In this document: piece after piece, positions 14,628 through 14,978 of the stretch | Layout of the letters: every line of letters begins with the position of its first letter | How positions within the stretch are numbered: position 1 is the first letter of the stretch | Source: Candidatus Methylomirabilia bacterium | Lineage (GTDB): Bacteria; Methylomirabilota; Methylomirabilia; Rokubacteriales; CSP1-6 | Reading direction: 5' to 3' | Assembly: GCA_041496385.1 (NCBI GenBank) | Contig: JBGQEL010000103.1 | Location: 1-14,978, forward strand | DNA length: 14,978 nt | The notes under the pieces: generated by a model | The model's input: only the letters and a program-made list of their open reading frames with translations | What the model was told of the DNA's origin: nothing | The model's database searches: none | Program-made: the position numbers and the translations under genes

Positions 14628-14978
14628 CGCGTTCGATGCGCGCGCTCCTCCTCACCGCCTGCGCCGTCCTTCCGCTCGCCGCCGTGACCGTCTGGACGAC
14701 CGGCGCCTTCTCGACGATGGTCGACCCGCCGGCCGAGGGCGGGGACGCGGGCCCGCGCGATATCCAGGTGCGCGTCCACGCCTGGGGCTTCAGTCCGAGC
14801 GTGGTCCGCGTGAAGCCGGGACAGCGGGTGAGGTTCGCCGTCGTCAGTGACGACATCAAGCACGGATTCGCGATCAATGAGCTCCACCTGAATTTGCAGC
14901 TCGTCCCTGGCCGGGAGGTGCGGTCGCCGACGCTCGACGTGGACCTTCCCGAGGGGACCTATGCGATCCACTGCAGCA
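14624..14978 (+). CDS. Exported or membrane-anchored cupredoxin, CuA / cytochrome c oxidase subunit II-like domain; 3' end truncated by the window and absent from the ORF track
   Basis: Manual translation from GTG 14624 (GTGA overlap): MTRSMRALLLTACAVLPLAAVTVWTT...IQVRVHAWGFSPSVVRVKPGQRVRFAVVSDDIKHGFAI...LVPG...EGTYAIHCS; open to the window end. Confidence 0.85.
   Translation, partial: MTRSMRALLLTACAVLPLAAVTVWTTGAFSTMVDPPAEGGDAGPRDIQVRVHAWGFSPSVVRVKPGQRVRFAVVSDDIKHGFAINELHLNLQLVPGREVRSPTLDVDLPEGTYAIHCS

Noticed and set aside
10339..14971. Long minus-strand ORFs (10339-12159, 12204-13151, 12812-13876, 13791-14456, 14453-14971)
   Set aside because: Antisense to clear plus-strand genes; low-complexity Arg/Ala/Pro/Gly translations.
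12195..14978. Interpretation as nosDFY/nosZ (N2O reductase) genes
   Set aside because: The permeases and ATPase are NitT/TauT importer type rather than NosY/NosF, and the CuA-like domain directly follows a signal segment with no NosZ beta-propeller.
1..14978. CRISPR arrays, tRNA/rRNA genes, IS elements, integrases or defence systems
   Set aside because: No regularly spaced repeats or recognisable RNA-gene, transposase or nuclease motifs were seen; intergenic gaps are all under about 175 nt.

Overview
High-GC bacterial DNA, densely coding, from a probable diderm because it carries an LPS-type operon. A Rokubacteria/Methylomirabilota-like origin is only an impression. Left to right: a LOG-family nucleotide phosphoribohydrolase; a small antisense CxxC..CxxC zinc-ribbon protein; glutamine-dependent nadE; a secreted DUF4124-like protein; a minus-strand envelope operon (flavin reductase, DegT-type aminotransferase, GT9, GT4, MsbA-like flippase); a divergent plus-strand cluster (Mrp/ApbC, Lon N-domain-only protein, secreted tandem-PDZ protein, PfpI/DJ-1); and an apparently sigma54-driven NitT/TauT-type ABC operon (two permeases and an ATPase). 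That operon is translationally coupled to a CuA-like cupredoxin gene which runs off the window and is missing from the ORF track. Most notable: (1) the ABC plus cupredoxin operon, with His-containing permease insertions and a degenerate ABC signature; (2) an Mrp/ApbC with no cysteine at all, next to protease modules lacking catalytic domains; (3) repeated -10 boxes 6-9 nt before start codons, suggesting leaderless mRNAs. No rRNA, tRNA, CRISPR array or mobile element was recognised. All calls come from motif reading; no database search was run.
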